Both the position numbers and the translations under genes were made by a program. Source: Candidatus Omnitrophota bacterium (GTDB taxonomy: Bacteria; Omnitrophota; Gorgyraeia; 1-14-0-20-64-10). From it: DNA of 64,000 nucleotides. Below the pieces are notes generated by a model. It was given only the letters and a program-made list of their open reading frames with translations, was not told where the DNA came from and made no database searches. This document shows positions 41,261-51,611 of the stretch, in pieces; position 1 is the first letter of the stretch; every line of letters starts with the position of its first letter. The stretch lies in assembly GCA_023248155.1 (NCBI GenBank), contig JAHFFE010000001.1, positions 84,873 to 148,872 on the forward strand, in the 5' to 3' direction.

Positions 41261-42419
41261 TCAAAAAATAGCTTATGTTCAATATACAAACCCCGAGTCC
41301 TACTCACCCCTAAGTCAAAGCTCCGGCCTACTGGCTCGCAAAGGCTGGGAAGTTTTGTTTTTGGGAACAGCCGGTTTTTCCATCGAAATGATTCGCTTTC
41401 CTCAGCGTCCACATATTATCGTGAAACGAATTCCATTTTGTCCGTCTGGCTGGCGACAGAAATTACATTACCTATTCTTTTTTTTATGGGTCATCTTTTG
41501 GGTACTATGGTGGAGGCCGCGATGGATTTATGCTTCCGATCCATTAGCTTGCCCGATTACCGCCACACTCTGTTTTGTGCCAGGCCTCAAGATCCTTTAT
41601 CACGAGCATGATTCTCCTGAAAAACAGCAAGCGACTACCTCCTTATTTGCGAGGGTTGTTTTATGGACCCGGAAAAGAGTAGTTCATTTTGCGGACGCCT
41701 GCGTTCTCCCTAATGAACAACGGGTAAAACTGTTTATGGATACAACCGGAAGAACAAAAAAAATTTTTTGTGTTTGGAATTGCCCAACGAAAAAAGAAGT
41801 GGTCCAGTCGCGTTCTCCTGCCAGACAGGATAATCTGAAAATTATTTACCAGGGCTCCATCAATTCCGCACGATTACCCGAGACGGTGTTGTACGCAATG
41901 AAGCAATTCTCTGGAAAAGTCCGGATGAAAGTGATTGGTTATGAGACGATTGGCTCAAGAGGATATGTTCGAAAAATCCAGGAATTGTCGCAAACGTTAG
42001 GCATTTCCTCTTCGATTGAATGGCTGGGGACAGTTCCGTTAAGAGAAGACATGCGGCGCTCTTCTTCCGACTGCCAGGTTGGCTTATCGTTGATCCCGAT
42101 GAAAACATCGGACATTAATTTAGAACGCATGCCAGGTGCTTCAGGTAAGCCGTTTGATTATATGGCTTGCGGTTTGGCGGTCTTGACGTCAGATTTACCA
42201 GATTGGAATAAAATGTATGTAGGGCGTGGATATGGATTGGCCTGCAACCCTGAAGATCCGGAGAGCATCGCAAACGCGCTGCGATGGTTTTTGGAGCATC
42301 CCGATGAAACGCGTGCGATGGGAGAAGATGGTCGTCAGAAGATATTAACAGACTGGAATTATGAAAAACAATTTCAGCCGGTACTAGAATTGCTGGAAAA
42401 CAGAATTGTGTCTATATGA
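41193..42419 (+). CDS. glycosyltransferase (GT4/GT1-like). The N-terminus is uncertain; a TTG at about 41235 is an alternative start.
   Basis: N-domain KIAYVQYTNPESYSP..GWEVLFLGTAG. C-domain ...FDYMACGLAVLTSDLPDWNKMYVGRGYGLACNPEDPESIANAL.... Confidence 0.7.
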   Translation: MGELFIGLITGERSLPEKTIRINQKIAYVQYTNPESYSPLSQSSGLLARKGWEVLFLGTAGFSIEMIRFPQRPHIIVKRIPFCPSGWRQKLHYLFFFLWVIFWVLWWRPRWIYASDPLACPITATLCFVPGLKILYHEHDSPEKQQATTSLFARVVLWTRKRVVHFADACVLPNEQRVKLFMDTTGRTKKIFCVWNCPTKKEVVQSRSPARQDNLKIIYQGSINSARLPETVLYAMKQFSGKVRMKVIGYETIGSRGYVRKIQELSQTLGISSSIEWLGTVPLREDMRRSSSDCQVGLSLIPMKTSDINLERMPGASGKPFDYMACGLAVLTSDLPDWNKMYVGRGYGLACNPEDPESIANALRWFLEHPDETRAMGEDGRQKILTDWNYEKQFQPVLELLENRIVSI

Positions 42420-43597
42420 AAAATGGACTGGTTATCGTTGATACGCATCCAGTCCAATATCGAGCGCCGCTTTATCGGATGCTGCAGCAGGAGTTCAAAA
42501 TTCCAGTCACGGTAATTTACGGATCCGACCTTAGTATTCGCGGCGGATACGATTCTGAGTTTAAAAAAAATTTCTCATGGGATACCGATCTTCTCTCTGG
42601 CTATAAGGCCATTTTTTTGCCGGAATCCAGCCGCAAGATTCAAGATATCTCGGAGATCTCAACAAAAGGACTGAGCGATATCCTAAAAAAACTCGATCCA
42701 GACGCTGTTTTGTTGATTGGATATAGTACGTGGTTTCACCAAACTGCTTTTTGGCAGTCTCTTCGAATGGGTATTTCAGTTTTATTCCGCGGAGAAGCTA
42801 CAGATCATGCGATTCTTCGGAGTCCGGTTAAAGCATTTTTTAGAGATTTTTTCTTAAAGCAGTTTTATTCCCGGTGCGCTCGGATTCTGTATGCAGGCCA
42901 ACGTTATCGTGACCATTTTAAGCGATTCCACGTGCCAGACAGGAAACTAATCTTTTCTCCTTATTGTGTTGATACCACCCTGTTTCACCTGGATTCATCC
43001 AGTAGAAAAAAATTTAGAGAGCAAACCCGAACTGATCAGTGTATCGGAGAAAAAGAGATCGCGATTCTTTTTTCGGGGAAATTAAGCCGGCGAAAAGGGC
43101 CCGATTTGCTGATTGAAGCGATTCGTCGGTTGCCGGATTCGATTCAGAGCCGCACGCGGATTTTATTTATGGGCGATGGAGAGCTTAAGAATGAGTTGCG
43201 GCAGTTGGCCGAAAAATCCCCAACCGTTCAAGCTGATTTTGTCGGATTTAAAAACCAAACAGAAATCTCCGCCTATTACTGTGCCGCCGATCTTCTTGTT
43301 TTGCCCAGCCGTCATGGCGAGACCTGGGGACTGGTTGTTAACGAGGCGCTTCACCACGGGGTTCCGTGCATTGTTTCTGATGGGGTCGGTTGCGCGCCGG
43401 ATTTAATCGAGAGCGGGGTAACGGGAGAGCAATTTAAAAATGGATCTATAGACGATTTGACACGAGCCATCATTCGCGCAATCCATCTCATTCAAAATCC
43501 AGGAATTGCCGAGCAATGTCATTCTCGCGTAGAGTCGTATGCGATGCCGCGTGCCGCTGAAGGTATTGCGCGCGCGTATCGGGAGGTGGTTTTGTAA
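42416..43597 (+). CDS. glycosyltransferase family 4
   Basis: ...LVLPSRHGETWGLVVNEALHHGVPCIVSDGVG... carries the E-x7-E region. Confidence 0.85.
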   Translation: MKNGLVIVDTHPVQYRAPLYRMLQQEFKIPVTVIYGSDLSIRGGYDSEFKKNFSWDTDLLSGYKAIFLPESSRKIQDISEISTKGLSDILKKLDPDAVLLIGYSTWFHQTAFWQSLRMGISVLFRGEATDHAILRSPVKAFFRDFFLKQFYSRCARILYAGQRYRDHFKRFHVPDRKLIFSPYCVDTTLFHLDSSSRKKFREQTRTDQCIGEKEIAILFSGKLSRRKGPDLLIEAIRRLPDSIQSRTRILFMGDGELKNELRQLAEKSPTVQADFVGFKNQTEISAYYCAADLLVLPSRHGETWGLVVNEALHHGVPCIVSDGVGCAPDLIESGVTGEQFKNGSIDDLTRAIIRAIHLIQNPGIAEQCHSRVESYAMPRAAEGIARAYREVVL

Positions 43598-43598
43598 A

Positions 43599-44627
43599 AT
43601 GGCCCCTAAAATTCTGATTGTTGGAAATCCGGGAGAGGGACATGTTGGGTCTCATTTCTTTCGGGCAGCACAGCAGATGGAATTTCCCGTTCAGATTGTG
43701 GATATACGAAACGCCTACGCCCAGCGGCTGGCCGCGCGTTTTTTCCAGAAACTATTGGGAGGCCGTCCGCTTTATTCCAAACAGTTTAACCGTCAGCTGT
43801 CAGAAACCGTCCGAAAGATGGGTCCTCAGCTGGTTTTGGTGACAGGGATTGCTCCGGTTGATTTGGTTACGCTGCAGACGATCCGGAACCATAACGCGTC
43901 GTGCGTCAATTATCTGACCGACGATCCGTGGAATCCCGCACACAACGCATCCGGATTTTTGGAAACGATTTCTTGCTACAACGCCATTTTTTCCCCCAGG
44001 AAAGCGAATCTCGATGATCTTAAAAAAGAGGGAAGCGTTGTTCATTATCTGCCGTTTGCCTACGCTCCCGAGGTTCATTTCAAGGCGGCTCCGTTGAATG
44101 AAGTGGAAATAAAACAGTTTTCGTCGGACTTATTATTTATCGGTGGGGCTGATTCGGATCGGTGGGATTTGATTTGTCCGATGATCCGGGCCAAAATTAA
44201 TTTGGCTTTGTATGGTGGTTATTGGGAACGGTTTCCCGAAGCAAAGCCCTACGTGAAAGGCTTAGCTTCGCCGGATGCCATGCGAAAAGCTGTTGGTGGG
44301 GCAAAGGTGACGCTTTGTCTTGTTCGCCGTGCCAATCGGGACGGGCATTCGATGCGAACATTTGAACTGCCGGCCATGGGGGGCTGTCTGTTGACGCAAG
44401 ACACGCAGGAGCATCGTGATATTTTTGGACCTGAAGGCAATGCAACAGTTTATTTTAAAAACAGCGCTGAAATGATTGAAAAATTGCGCTGGCTTCTTGC
44501 CAATGAGCCTGAAAGAAATCGGCTGGCGACCGCGGCTCAGAAGATCATTGTGAACGGAAAACAGACTTATCAGCATCGATTGGAAACCATTTTGAATACA
44601 ACCTTTGCCGGAAGGATGAACCAATGA
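43599..44627 (+). CDS. CgeB-like / GT1-related glycosyltransferase-family protein (function unclear)
   Basis: 342 aa. The C-terminal region ...ELPAMGGCLLTQDTQEHRDIFGPEGNATVYFKNSAEMIEKLRWLLANEPERNRLATAAQ... resembles CgeB/DUF3880 plus a Glyco_trans_1_2 tail. Confidence 0.5.
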   Translation: MAPKILIVGNPGEGHVGSHFFRAAQQMEFPVQIVDIRNAYAQRLAARFFQKLLGGRPLYSKQFNRQLSETVRKMGPQLVLVTGIAPVDLVTLQTIRNHNASCVNYLTDDPWNPAHNASGFLETISCYNAIFSPRKANLDDLKKEGSVVHYLPFAYAPEVHFKAAPLNEVEIKQFSSDLLFIGGADSDRWDLICPMIRAKINLALYGGYWERFPEAKPYVKGLASPDAMRKAVGGAKVTLCLVRRANRDGHSMRTFELPAMGGCLLTQDTQEHRDIFGPEGNATVYFKNSAEMIEKLRWLLANEPERNRLATAAQKIIVNGKQTYQHRLETILNTTFAGRMNQ

Positions 44628-45667
44628 CATTAAAAGCATTGATTACAGGCAGCAGCGGGCTGGTCGGTTCTGAAGCAGCCGCTTTTTTTGACCAGCGCGG
44701 GTGGCAGGTGATCGGTATCGATAATAATATGCGCCGGGACTTTTTTGGACCGGAGGGGGATACTACTCGAAATCTGAAACGGCTGCAGTCTGTCACGAAG
44801 CGATTTACTCATCATGCCATCGATATTCGAGATCGTTCTGCGCTTACGGGTTTGGTGAGCGAACATCGGCCGAATCTGATTATTCATTGCGCTGCGCAAC
44901 CTTCTCACGATCTGGCGAAAGATCGTCCGTTCGATGATTTTGAAATCAACGCAGTGGGGACTTTAAATCTGCTGGAAGCGGCCCGGCATTTTTGCCCCGA
45001 ATCTCCGTTTGTTTTTATGAGCACCAATAAAGTTTATGGAGATGCTCCCAACCGCATTCCATTGACGGAACTGGAGACGCGCTTTGACTATGCCGACCCC
45101 GCTTCTCGAAACGGGATCAATGAAATGTGCAGCCTTGATACCAGCCTGCACAGTCTTTTTGGAGCTTCCAAGCTGTCGGCAGATATTCTGGTGCAGGAAT
45201 ATGGGCGTTATTTTAATATGCCGACGGTTTGTTTTCGGTGCGGATGCCTGACTGGTCCTCAGCATGCTAGTGCGGAAGCGCACGGGTTCCTGGCCTATCT
45301 GGCGCGTTCATTTTTGGAAGGATTTACATACAAAATTTACGGTTATAAGGGTAAACAAGTCCGTGATAATCTTCATGCGTACGATGTTTGTACCGCCATA
45401 TGGGCTTTTTATGAAAAGCCGCGATCCGCAGCCGTATATAATTTGGGGGGTGGTCGTGACAACAGCGTTTCAGTGATCGAGGCGATTCAACGTTTTGAAA
45501 AACTGACGAAGAAAAAAATTAAAACCGAGTATCATTCACAAGCACGTCTGGGCGATCACATCTGCTATGTCAGCGACCTGGCTTCTTTTCACCGCGATTA
45601 TCCTTCCTGGCGGTTGGAGCGTACGATCGACAGAATTTTTGACGAATTGGTCCAGTCATCCTTATGA
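44624..45667 (+). CDS. NAD-dependent sugar epimerase, CDP-paratose/tyvelose 2-epimerase-like
   Basis: MTLKALITGSSGLVGSEAAAFFDQRGWQVIGIDNNMRRDFFGPEG...; YGASK motif. Confidence 0.75.
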   Translation: MTLKALITGSSGLVGSEAAAFFDQRGWQVIGIDNNMRRDFFGPEGDTTRNLKRLQSVTKRFTHHAIDIRDRSALTGLVSEHRPNLIIHCAAQPSHDLAKDRPFDDFEINAVGTLNLLEAARHFCPESPFVFMSTNKVYGDAPNRIPLTELETRFDYADPASRNGINEMCSLDTSLHSLFGASKLSADILVQEYGRYFNMPTVCFRCGCLTGPQHASAEAHGFLAYLARSFLEGFTYKIYGYKGKQVRDNLHAYDVCTAIWAFYEKPRSAAVYNLGGGRDNSVSVIEAIQRFEKLTKKKIKTEYHSQARLGDHICYVSDLASFHRDYPSWRLERTIDRIFDELVQSSL

Positions 45668-46878
45668 GCTTGCGATTGAAGAAATTAAAAATCGCCATCG
45701 TCGTTCACGGCCGCTTCCACGCGTTTGATCTTGCCCGCGAGTTGCTAAAGAGAGGACATGAGGTAATCCTGTTTACCAATTATCCAAAATATGTTGCTGG
45801 AAAATTCGGAATCCCCAGAATAAATACACGCACTTTTTTACTTCATGGCGTGTTGTCCAAGATAGGTTCTTTCATGGAACGTTTGCTGGGGGTTCGTTTT
45901 TTGGAGGCTTTTCTGCATCGTCTGTTTGGTTTTTGGGCAAAGAAAGAATTAGAGAAAGAAAGCTGGGATGTTATCCACTGCTGGAGTGGAATATCGGAAG
46001 AATGCCTGCAATACCCAAAGATTTCTAGGACGCTGAAATTCCTAATGCGAGGATCTTCTCATATTCGAACGCAAAGCAATATTTTGGAGGAAGAGATGCG
46101 CAGGACAGGCATTTCGATTGATCGGCCAAGCCCTTGGATGATTGCGAGAGAGGAGCGCGAGTATGCTTTAGCAGATAAAATCTGCGTTCTCTCGCAATTC
46201 TGCAGGGACACATTTATTGAACAAGGCATCTCAATGCAAAAACTTTCCATTCTTTTGCTTGGAGCGGCACGAGAGGTTTTTAGGCCTATAGAATGCGTCG
46301 TCGAAGAACGATATGCCAGAATTTTATCTGGGCAGCCCCTCCGTGTTCTTTACGTAGGAGCTCTGTCGTTTCGCAAAGGTTTTTTTGATATGGAGAGAAT
46401 TCTTGGGCGTATTGATAGGAATCGGTTCCAATTTCGCTTCGTAGGGCCTTGCGCGCATGAATTAAGAGAATTTTTAAAGAGGCCTTCTTTTTGCGGTACC
46501 GAGATTGTGCCAAAACAACCACAAGATCAGCTGCCAGTTCATTATGCGTGGGCGGATATTTTTATTTTTCCAACACTGGAAGAAGGGTATCCGCAGGTTT
46601 TGGCGCAAGCGGCTGTCTCGGGGCTTCCCATTTTGACCACATTGAATGGCGCTGGATCCGATATTGTGAAGAACGGAAAAACAGGGTGGATACTGCCTAT
46701 TCGAGAACCAGAGAAATTTGTTCAATGTTTAAATGAGTGCGATAACCAGAGACGGCATTTAGCTGAAATTACTCGGTTTATTTATCAAGAATTTAAACCA
46801 CGATATGCTTCGGATGTGGCCGCTGATTTCGAGAAGATCTGTACAGAGGAATTAGAAAAAATCAGAGATTCCCGATAG
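45664..46878 (+). CDS. glycosyltransferase (GT4-like)
   Basis: C-terminal ...IFIFPTLEEGYPQVLAQAAVSGLPILTT.... Confidence 0.75.
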   Translation: MSLRLKKLKIAIVVHGRFHAFDLARELLKRGHEVILFTNYPKYVAGKFGIPRINTRTFLLHGVLSKIGSFMERLLGVRFLEAFLHRLFGFWAKKELEKESWDVIHCWSGISEECLQYPKISRTLKFLMRGSSHIRTQSNILEEEMRRTGISIDRPSPWMIAREEREYALADKICVLSQFCRDTFIEQGISMQKLSILLLGAAREVFRPIECVVEERYARILSGQPLRVLYVGALSFRKGFFDMERILGRIDRNRFQFRFVGPCAHELREFLKRPSFCGTEIVPKQPQDQLPVHYAWADIFIFPTLEEGYPQVLAQAAVSGLPILTTLNGAGSDIVKNGKTGWILPIREPEKFVQCLNECDNQRRHLAEITRFIYQEFKPRYASDVAADFEKICTEELEKIRDSR

Positions 46879-46907
46879 AAAGTTTCGTTGATGACAATCA
46901 TAGAAAG

Positions 46908-47642
46908 CTAGGATTGTTCCGTATGGGAATATTTAAGATAGGAGGTAATCACGCTTGAAGAGGCGCCAAAAGCTTCCGAAACCCCCTTATTGAGCCAAAG
47001 CGTATCGGTCGTATGTTGACGTAGAATTTCCATATCATGCGAGACCAAAATTAATGTGGCTCCATCTTTGTTTAAAGCTTCAATGCGTGAAAGACTTTTT
47101 CGCTGAAATTCGTCATCTCCCACGCTCCAAGCCTCATCAATCAAAAGAATTTCCGCCTCTGTATGCATGCCCACACTAAATGCCAGCCGCATCATCATGC
47201 CGGTAGAGTAATGCTTGACCGGCATATCAATGAATTCAGAAATGCCGGCGAAATCAATAATGGAGTCCATCTTTTTTTCAATTTCCCGCCGGCGCATTCC
47301 TAACAGAATGCCGTTGAGGTAGATATTTTCACGTCCTGTAAAGTCTCCCTGCATTCCTGAAAAAAGATCCAGCAAAGAAACAACGCGGCCTTTAACCCGA
47401 ACAGAACCATGCGTCGCATTGGTTACGCCGGCGATAATTCGCAACAGCGTTGTTTTTCCAGAGCCGTTAGCGCCAATGATTCCTATCCGTTGCCCCGCCG
47501 AAATTTCCAAATCAAGATTTTTCAATGACCAGAACCAATGTTTTTCTGGATTTCGCAACAAAGATAGAGACTGGGTGATGTATTGAGATCCTTGAAGACG
47601 GCAGTATTTTTTGTAAACCCGAGAAAGCGCAATGCGACTCAT
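46908..47642 (-). CDS. wzt: polysaccharide ABC exporter ATP-binding protein (Wzt/KpsT/TagH-like)
   Basis: Walker A GANGSGKTTLLR, signature YSTGMMMRLAFS, Walker B ILLIDE. Confidence 0.85.
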   Translation of the reverse strand: MSRIALSRVYKKYCRLQGSQYITQSLSLLRNPEKHWFWSLKNLDLEISAGQRIGIIGANGSGKTTLLRIIAGVTNATHGSVRVKGRVVSLLDLFSGMQGDFTGRENIYLNGILLGMRRREIEKKMDSIIDFAGISEFIDMPVKHYSTGMMMRLAFSVGMHTEAEILLIDEAWSVGDDEFQRKSLSRIEALNKDGATLILVSHDMEILRQHTTDTLWLNKGVSEAFGASSSVITSYLKYSHTEQS

Positions 47643-48448
47643 CAGAGCAGGTCCACCAAATCGCCCTCCAGTTTTCCGAATAAACTGACTCCGGCGATAA
47701 ACATAATTACAGAAACTAAGATAGCCGGACCCATCAAATACAGAGGAGGAGCTTGCCCCAGCAAAAGGACTGATCGGTAACTCTCAATAAAACCAGCCAT
47801 CGGATTCCAGCGTGACAACAGGTTGAAATCTTCCGGAACCATCGATTGGGGATAAAAAACAGGGCAGGCGAAAAACCAGAGCCACAACAATTGTGGAATC
47901 GCCTGCCCGACATCTTTTAAGAATACATTCGTTAGTGAAATCAGGCAACCCAATCCGATTAGGAACAGTATATGAACGAATAGAATGGCCGGAAGCCAGA
48001 TTGCTGTCCATGAAATGGGATAGTGATAGTAGATAAACAGTCCGACCAACAGTAATGTCATGACGCATAAGTCTACCACTGCCGAAATCAAGACTGAAAC
48101 CGGGAAAATGATTTTTGGAATATAGACCCGCTTTAAAATATTGGTTACCCCTGAGACAGCAATGACGGATTGAGATGCATAGAGTGATGTAAACGACCAG
48201 GCGACCATTCCTACTGCTGCGAAAAGCGCGTAAGGCACATTACCGGTTGGAATGTCGGAAACTTTGCGAATGTAATGGAAAATACCAGTTAACGCTACCG
48301 GTTGCAGAAATATCCAGCCAAAGCCGAGCAGCGTCTCTTTATAGCGTGTATTGATCCGATGGACGGCCAAATTCAACATCAATTCGATGGTCCATCGAAT
48401 TGATTTTCGGGGAGAGCGCTGGATTTGCAACGCAGGTAGTCTAGCCAC
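47642..48448 (-). CDS. wzm: ABC-2 type polysaccharide exporter permease (Wzm/KpsM-like)
   Basis: 268 aa, 6 predicted TM; ABC-2 pattern; 1-nt overlap with wzt. Confidence 0.8.
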   Translation of the reverse strand: MARLPALQIQRSPRKSIRWTIELMLNLAVHRINTRYKETLLGFGWIFLQPVALTGIFHYIRKVSDIPTGNVPYALFAAVGMVAWSFTSLYASQSVIAVSGVTNILKRVYIPKIIFPVSVLISAVVDLCVMTLLLVGLFIYYHYPISWTAIWLPAILFVHILFLIGLGCLISLTNVFLKDVGQAIPQLLWLWFFACPVFYPQSMVPEDFNLLSRWNPMAGFIESYRSVLLLGQAPPLYLMGPAILVSVIMFIAGVSLFGKLEGDLVDLL

Positions 48449-50375
48449 AAGGTTCTCCCAGAATATAGGAACGGTACCAGCTGTCGAACATCAGAATAGA
48501 GAGTAACTCAGAGGATAGATCTCGCTGTCCCGCGTGATGCGTGCGGCGCATGCGCTGAACCAAGTCACAGTCAAAAATCCCCTCTTTTTTGATTCGCGCG
48601 GGAGTCATCACAGAATCAAAATAATAATTGAAACAACCGGTAAGCCAGCGATTCAATGGACCTCCAAATCCGCGCTTGGGTGCCTTGCGGATTTCTACAG
48701 GGAGCAAATCAGCGAAAGCGTCCGTCAAAATCTTTTTTGAAGACCAAAGATCCATTTTATCATGGAACGGAATAGCTGCGCTTAGCTCAACCAGCCGCAG
48801 ATCCAAAAAAGGGACTCGCGTTTCCAATGCGACCGACATGGTTGCCTTATCCGTGTATTCCAGTAAATTGTCCGATAGAAAAAGCCCTAATTCCGCTGCG
48901 AACACTTTTTGATAATCATTCGATACCGATCCCGAATGCTGCATTCTATCCAGAGCGATTCGCGATGCGGGAACCCAGGGTCCGTTCTGCGAAAAAACCG
49001 GCAAAAGCAGCTGTTTTTCTGCTTCATCGAGGCGATAGCCCCACTGGGTATATTGATCGGCCAGAGGTTGGCCGAATCCGCGGGAAATTCGTTTCATTCT
49101 TCGTAAAAAACCATTTTCACGCGGAGCCATCTCCGCAAACCGGTGCAAAGTTTTTCCGATCGGGCGGGGGAACCGTCTGAGAAGCGGGGCCCAGGGCAAA
49201 AGCCGGTATTTGGCATAACCGCCAAACAATTCATCGCCTCCGACGCCTGAAAGCGCCACAGTGACTTCTTTTCGGGTTTCTTGCGCAATCAGATGTTGAA
49301 GGTACAGCGTTTGATTGGCCAACGGCTGATCGACCCAGCGGATACTTTCGATAAATTTTTCCGGTTTATTCAGCCGAACAGAAAGTTCGTGGTGGTCGGT
49401 TCCGATCATTCGGCTGGCCAGCCGTGCATAATGCGCATCCGATCGGGCACTCTCTCCGAACTCTTCGAAGATGACGGTAAAAGTTTTTAATTTTCCTTTG
49501 GAGTGCGGCGCCATGAGTGCCGCCAGCAGCGTGGAATCAATTCCGCCGCTGAAAAAGAGACCGACCGGCACATCGCTTATCATCTGACGCCGAACGGCAT
49601 CGGTTAACAGCATTCGGACCGATTCTTTGAGCTCATCATAGGAAGCCTGGGTTGCCGTGGTTTTGGAAAATGGAGACCAATATGATTCGGAAGAAAATTT
49701 TCCGGAAACCAAATCCACTGTAATCAAAGTTGCCGGCGGAAGATTCACAATTTCTTTAAAAGCGGTTTTTGGATGCGGAACAAACAGATAGGTGAAATAA
49801 TCCGAGATTCCCTGCCAATCTACCTCGGCGGGAATTAAACCGGTTGCCAGCAATGCCTTGATTTCAGATCCAAAAACAAAACCATTGCCGCGCTGTGCAT
49901 AAAACAGCGGCTTGACACCCAAGGGATCTCTCGCCAGAAGAACCCGCTTCTTTTGAGGATCGTAAATGGCAAAGGCAAAAATCCCGTTTAATTTCTTGAC
50001 GAACGAAGGACCTTCCTCAGCATACAGGTGCAGAAGAACTTCCGTGTCGGTATTTGAGGAAAAACGATGCCCCTGTTTTTCCAGTGTCTTCCGCAGATCC
50101 TGAAAATTATAAATCTCGCCATTGTAAGTGATCCATGCATTGCCCTGTTTTGAGCGGCAGCAGGCGCAGCCCTCGCTCGACATGGGCTGATGCCCAGCCG
50201 CCGAAAGGTCAAGGATGCTGAGCCGGGTATGAATGAATCCGACGGAACGATCCGGGTTTAGGTAAAAACCGTTGTCGTCGGGGCCCCGGTGCTTTAAGGT
50301 CTGAATGAGTGTCTGAAGCCGGCTTTCCTGAACCGGTTCCGATGAAAAGTGAATGATGCCTGCGATGCCGCACAT
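48441..50375 (-). CDS. asparagine synthase (glutamine-hydrolysing) family amidotransferase
   Basis: N-terminal MCGIAGI class-II GATase nucleophile; SGGIDS PP-loop; 644 aa. Confidence 0.9.
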   Translation of the reverse strand: MCGIAGIIHFSSEPVQESRLQTLIQTLKHRGPDDNGFYLNPDRSVGFIHTRLSILDLSAAGHQPMSSEGCACCRSKQGNAWITYNGEIYNFQDLRKTLEKQGHRFSSNTDTEVLLHLYAEEGPSFVKKLNGIFAFAIYDPQKKRVLLARDPLGVKPLFYAQRGNGFVFGSEIKALLATGLIPAEVDWQGISDYFTYLFVPHPKTAFKEIVNLPPATLITVDLVSGKFSSESYWSPFSKTTATQASYDELKESVRMLLTDAVRRQMISDVPVGLFFSGGIDSTLLAALMAPHSKGKLKTFTVIFEEFGESARSDAHYARLASRMIGTDHHELSVRLNKPEKFIESIRWVDQPLANQTLYLQHLIAQETRKEVTVALSGVGGDELFGGYAKYRLLPWAPLLRRFPRPIGKTLHRFAEMAPRENGFLRRMKRISRGFGQPLADQYTQWGYRLDEAEKQLLLPVFSQNGPWVPASRIALDRMQHSGSVSNDYQKVFAAELGLFLSDNLLEYTDKATMSVALETRVPFLDLRLVELSAAIPFHDKMDLWSSKKILTDAFADLLPVEIRKAPKRGFGGPLNRWLTGCFNYYFDSVMTPARIKKEGIFDCDLVQRMRRTHHAGQRDLSSELLSILMFDSWYRSYILGEPCG

Positions 50376-51611
50376 CTAGTTTGGAGCCGCTGTTGCAGTC
50401 ATCGTCGTAAACAGATCGTGGTATTGCTGGATCACCTTTTTCCGATCGAATCCAAAAGCGGCGTTCCGCGCATTTTCTCCCATGGTTTTGCACAGTTCCC
50501 TGTGATCGTACAGAAACCGGATCTTTTCGGCAATATCTACGGCATTGCCTGGAGCCGCCTGCAGACCGCACCGGAACTGGAGCGCGATTCGAGACGTTTC
50601 TGAAGTCGCATCAATGGCGGCGATGTAAGGACGACCGGCCGCTAAAACGCCATACAATTTGCTGGGGGTAATATAACCGGAAACCCCTTTTTTCAGAGAG
50701 ACGATGCAGCAATCCGCTGCGCCATAGACCCCCAAAAGAGCTTCTTTGGTTTGATAGGGGAAAAAGCGGACGTGGGATAAATCCAGGGTGCGCGCACGGT
50801 TTTGCAGCGCCTCTTTCCGAACTCCGTCTCCAACAAAAGCAAATATAAAATCCGGCAGACCTTTTAAAAGAGCCGCCGATTCCAGCAATTGCTCCAGATC
50901 TTGCGAAGCGCCAAAATTTCCTGCATACAGTGCTACGAATTTATCAGCCAGGCCATGTTGCTCCGAGAATGGATTTCTTTTGGAAACGGGATAGGTTTTC
51001 TCAGTATCCGCCCAATTGGTGATGATGGAGATCAATTCTGCGCGCGCATTTTTTTCGTGGATCAGCCGGTTTCGCATGTCGTCATCCAGCGCTAGAATCC
51101 GGTCGGCCGACCGGATTAAAAACCGGTTTACCTGGTCGAGAATTTTTTCAATCAACGGGTTGCTGAAATTTTCAAGCAACCGGCTGACTTCAGGAAAAAT
51201 ATCACTGTAGGCCATGATAAACCGGCACTGGGACTGCCGGGCCGTCCATAAAGCAGCCAGACCAATGATGGGTGGATCGGTCATTGATAACACGAGATCC
51301 GGTTTTTTTACACGTCTTGACGCAATAAAAGAAGAGGCGAAGTAAGTCAGGTAATTGCAGATGCGGCCGGCGAGTATTTTTTTTGAAAAAGAAGTTCCGG
51401 CACAGCGAAAAACGGTTACGCCACGAATAGAAACGGGATTTCCCACCCAGGAAGGCTGATTTTCGCAAGCGGTGGATTTAGGAGCAACGCCGCAAATGAT
51501 CGAGACACGGCAGCCGTGGTCATGCACGAGTCCTTCCGCCAATTCCGTTAACAGCTGGCCTGTTGCGCTTTGTTCGGGATAATAGGCTCGGTTAAAAAGC
51601 AGAAGATGCAT
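50376..51611 (-). CDS. glycosyltransferase family 4 (WcaI-like)
   Basis: MHLLLFNRAYYPEQSATGQLLTELAEGL...; the ORF-track start at 51722 is an upstream TTG extension. Confidence 0.8.
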   Translation of the reverse strand: MHLLLFNRAYYPEQSATGQLLTELAEGLVHDHGCRVSIICGVAPKSTACENQPSWVGNPVSIRGVTVFRCAGTSFSKKILAGRICNYLTYFASSFIASRRVKKPDLVLSMTDPPIIGLAALWTARQSQCRFIMAYSDIFPEVSRLLENFSNPLIEKILDQVNRFLIRSADRILALDDDMRNRLIHEKNARAELISIITNWADTEKTYPVSKRNPFSEQHGLADKFVALYAGNFGASQDLEQLLESAALLKGLPDFIFAFVGDGVRKEALQNRARTLDLSHVRFFPYQTKEALLGVYGAADCCIVSLKKGVSGYITPSKLYGVLAAGRPYIAAIDATSETSRIALQFRCGLQAAPGNAVDIAEKIRFLYDHRELCKTMGENARNAAFGFDRKKVIQQYHDLFTTMTATAAPN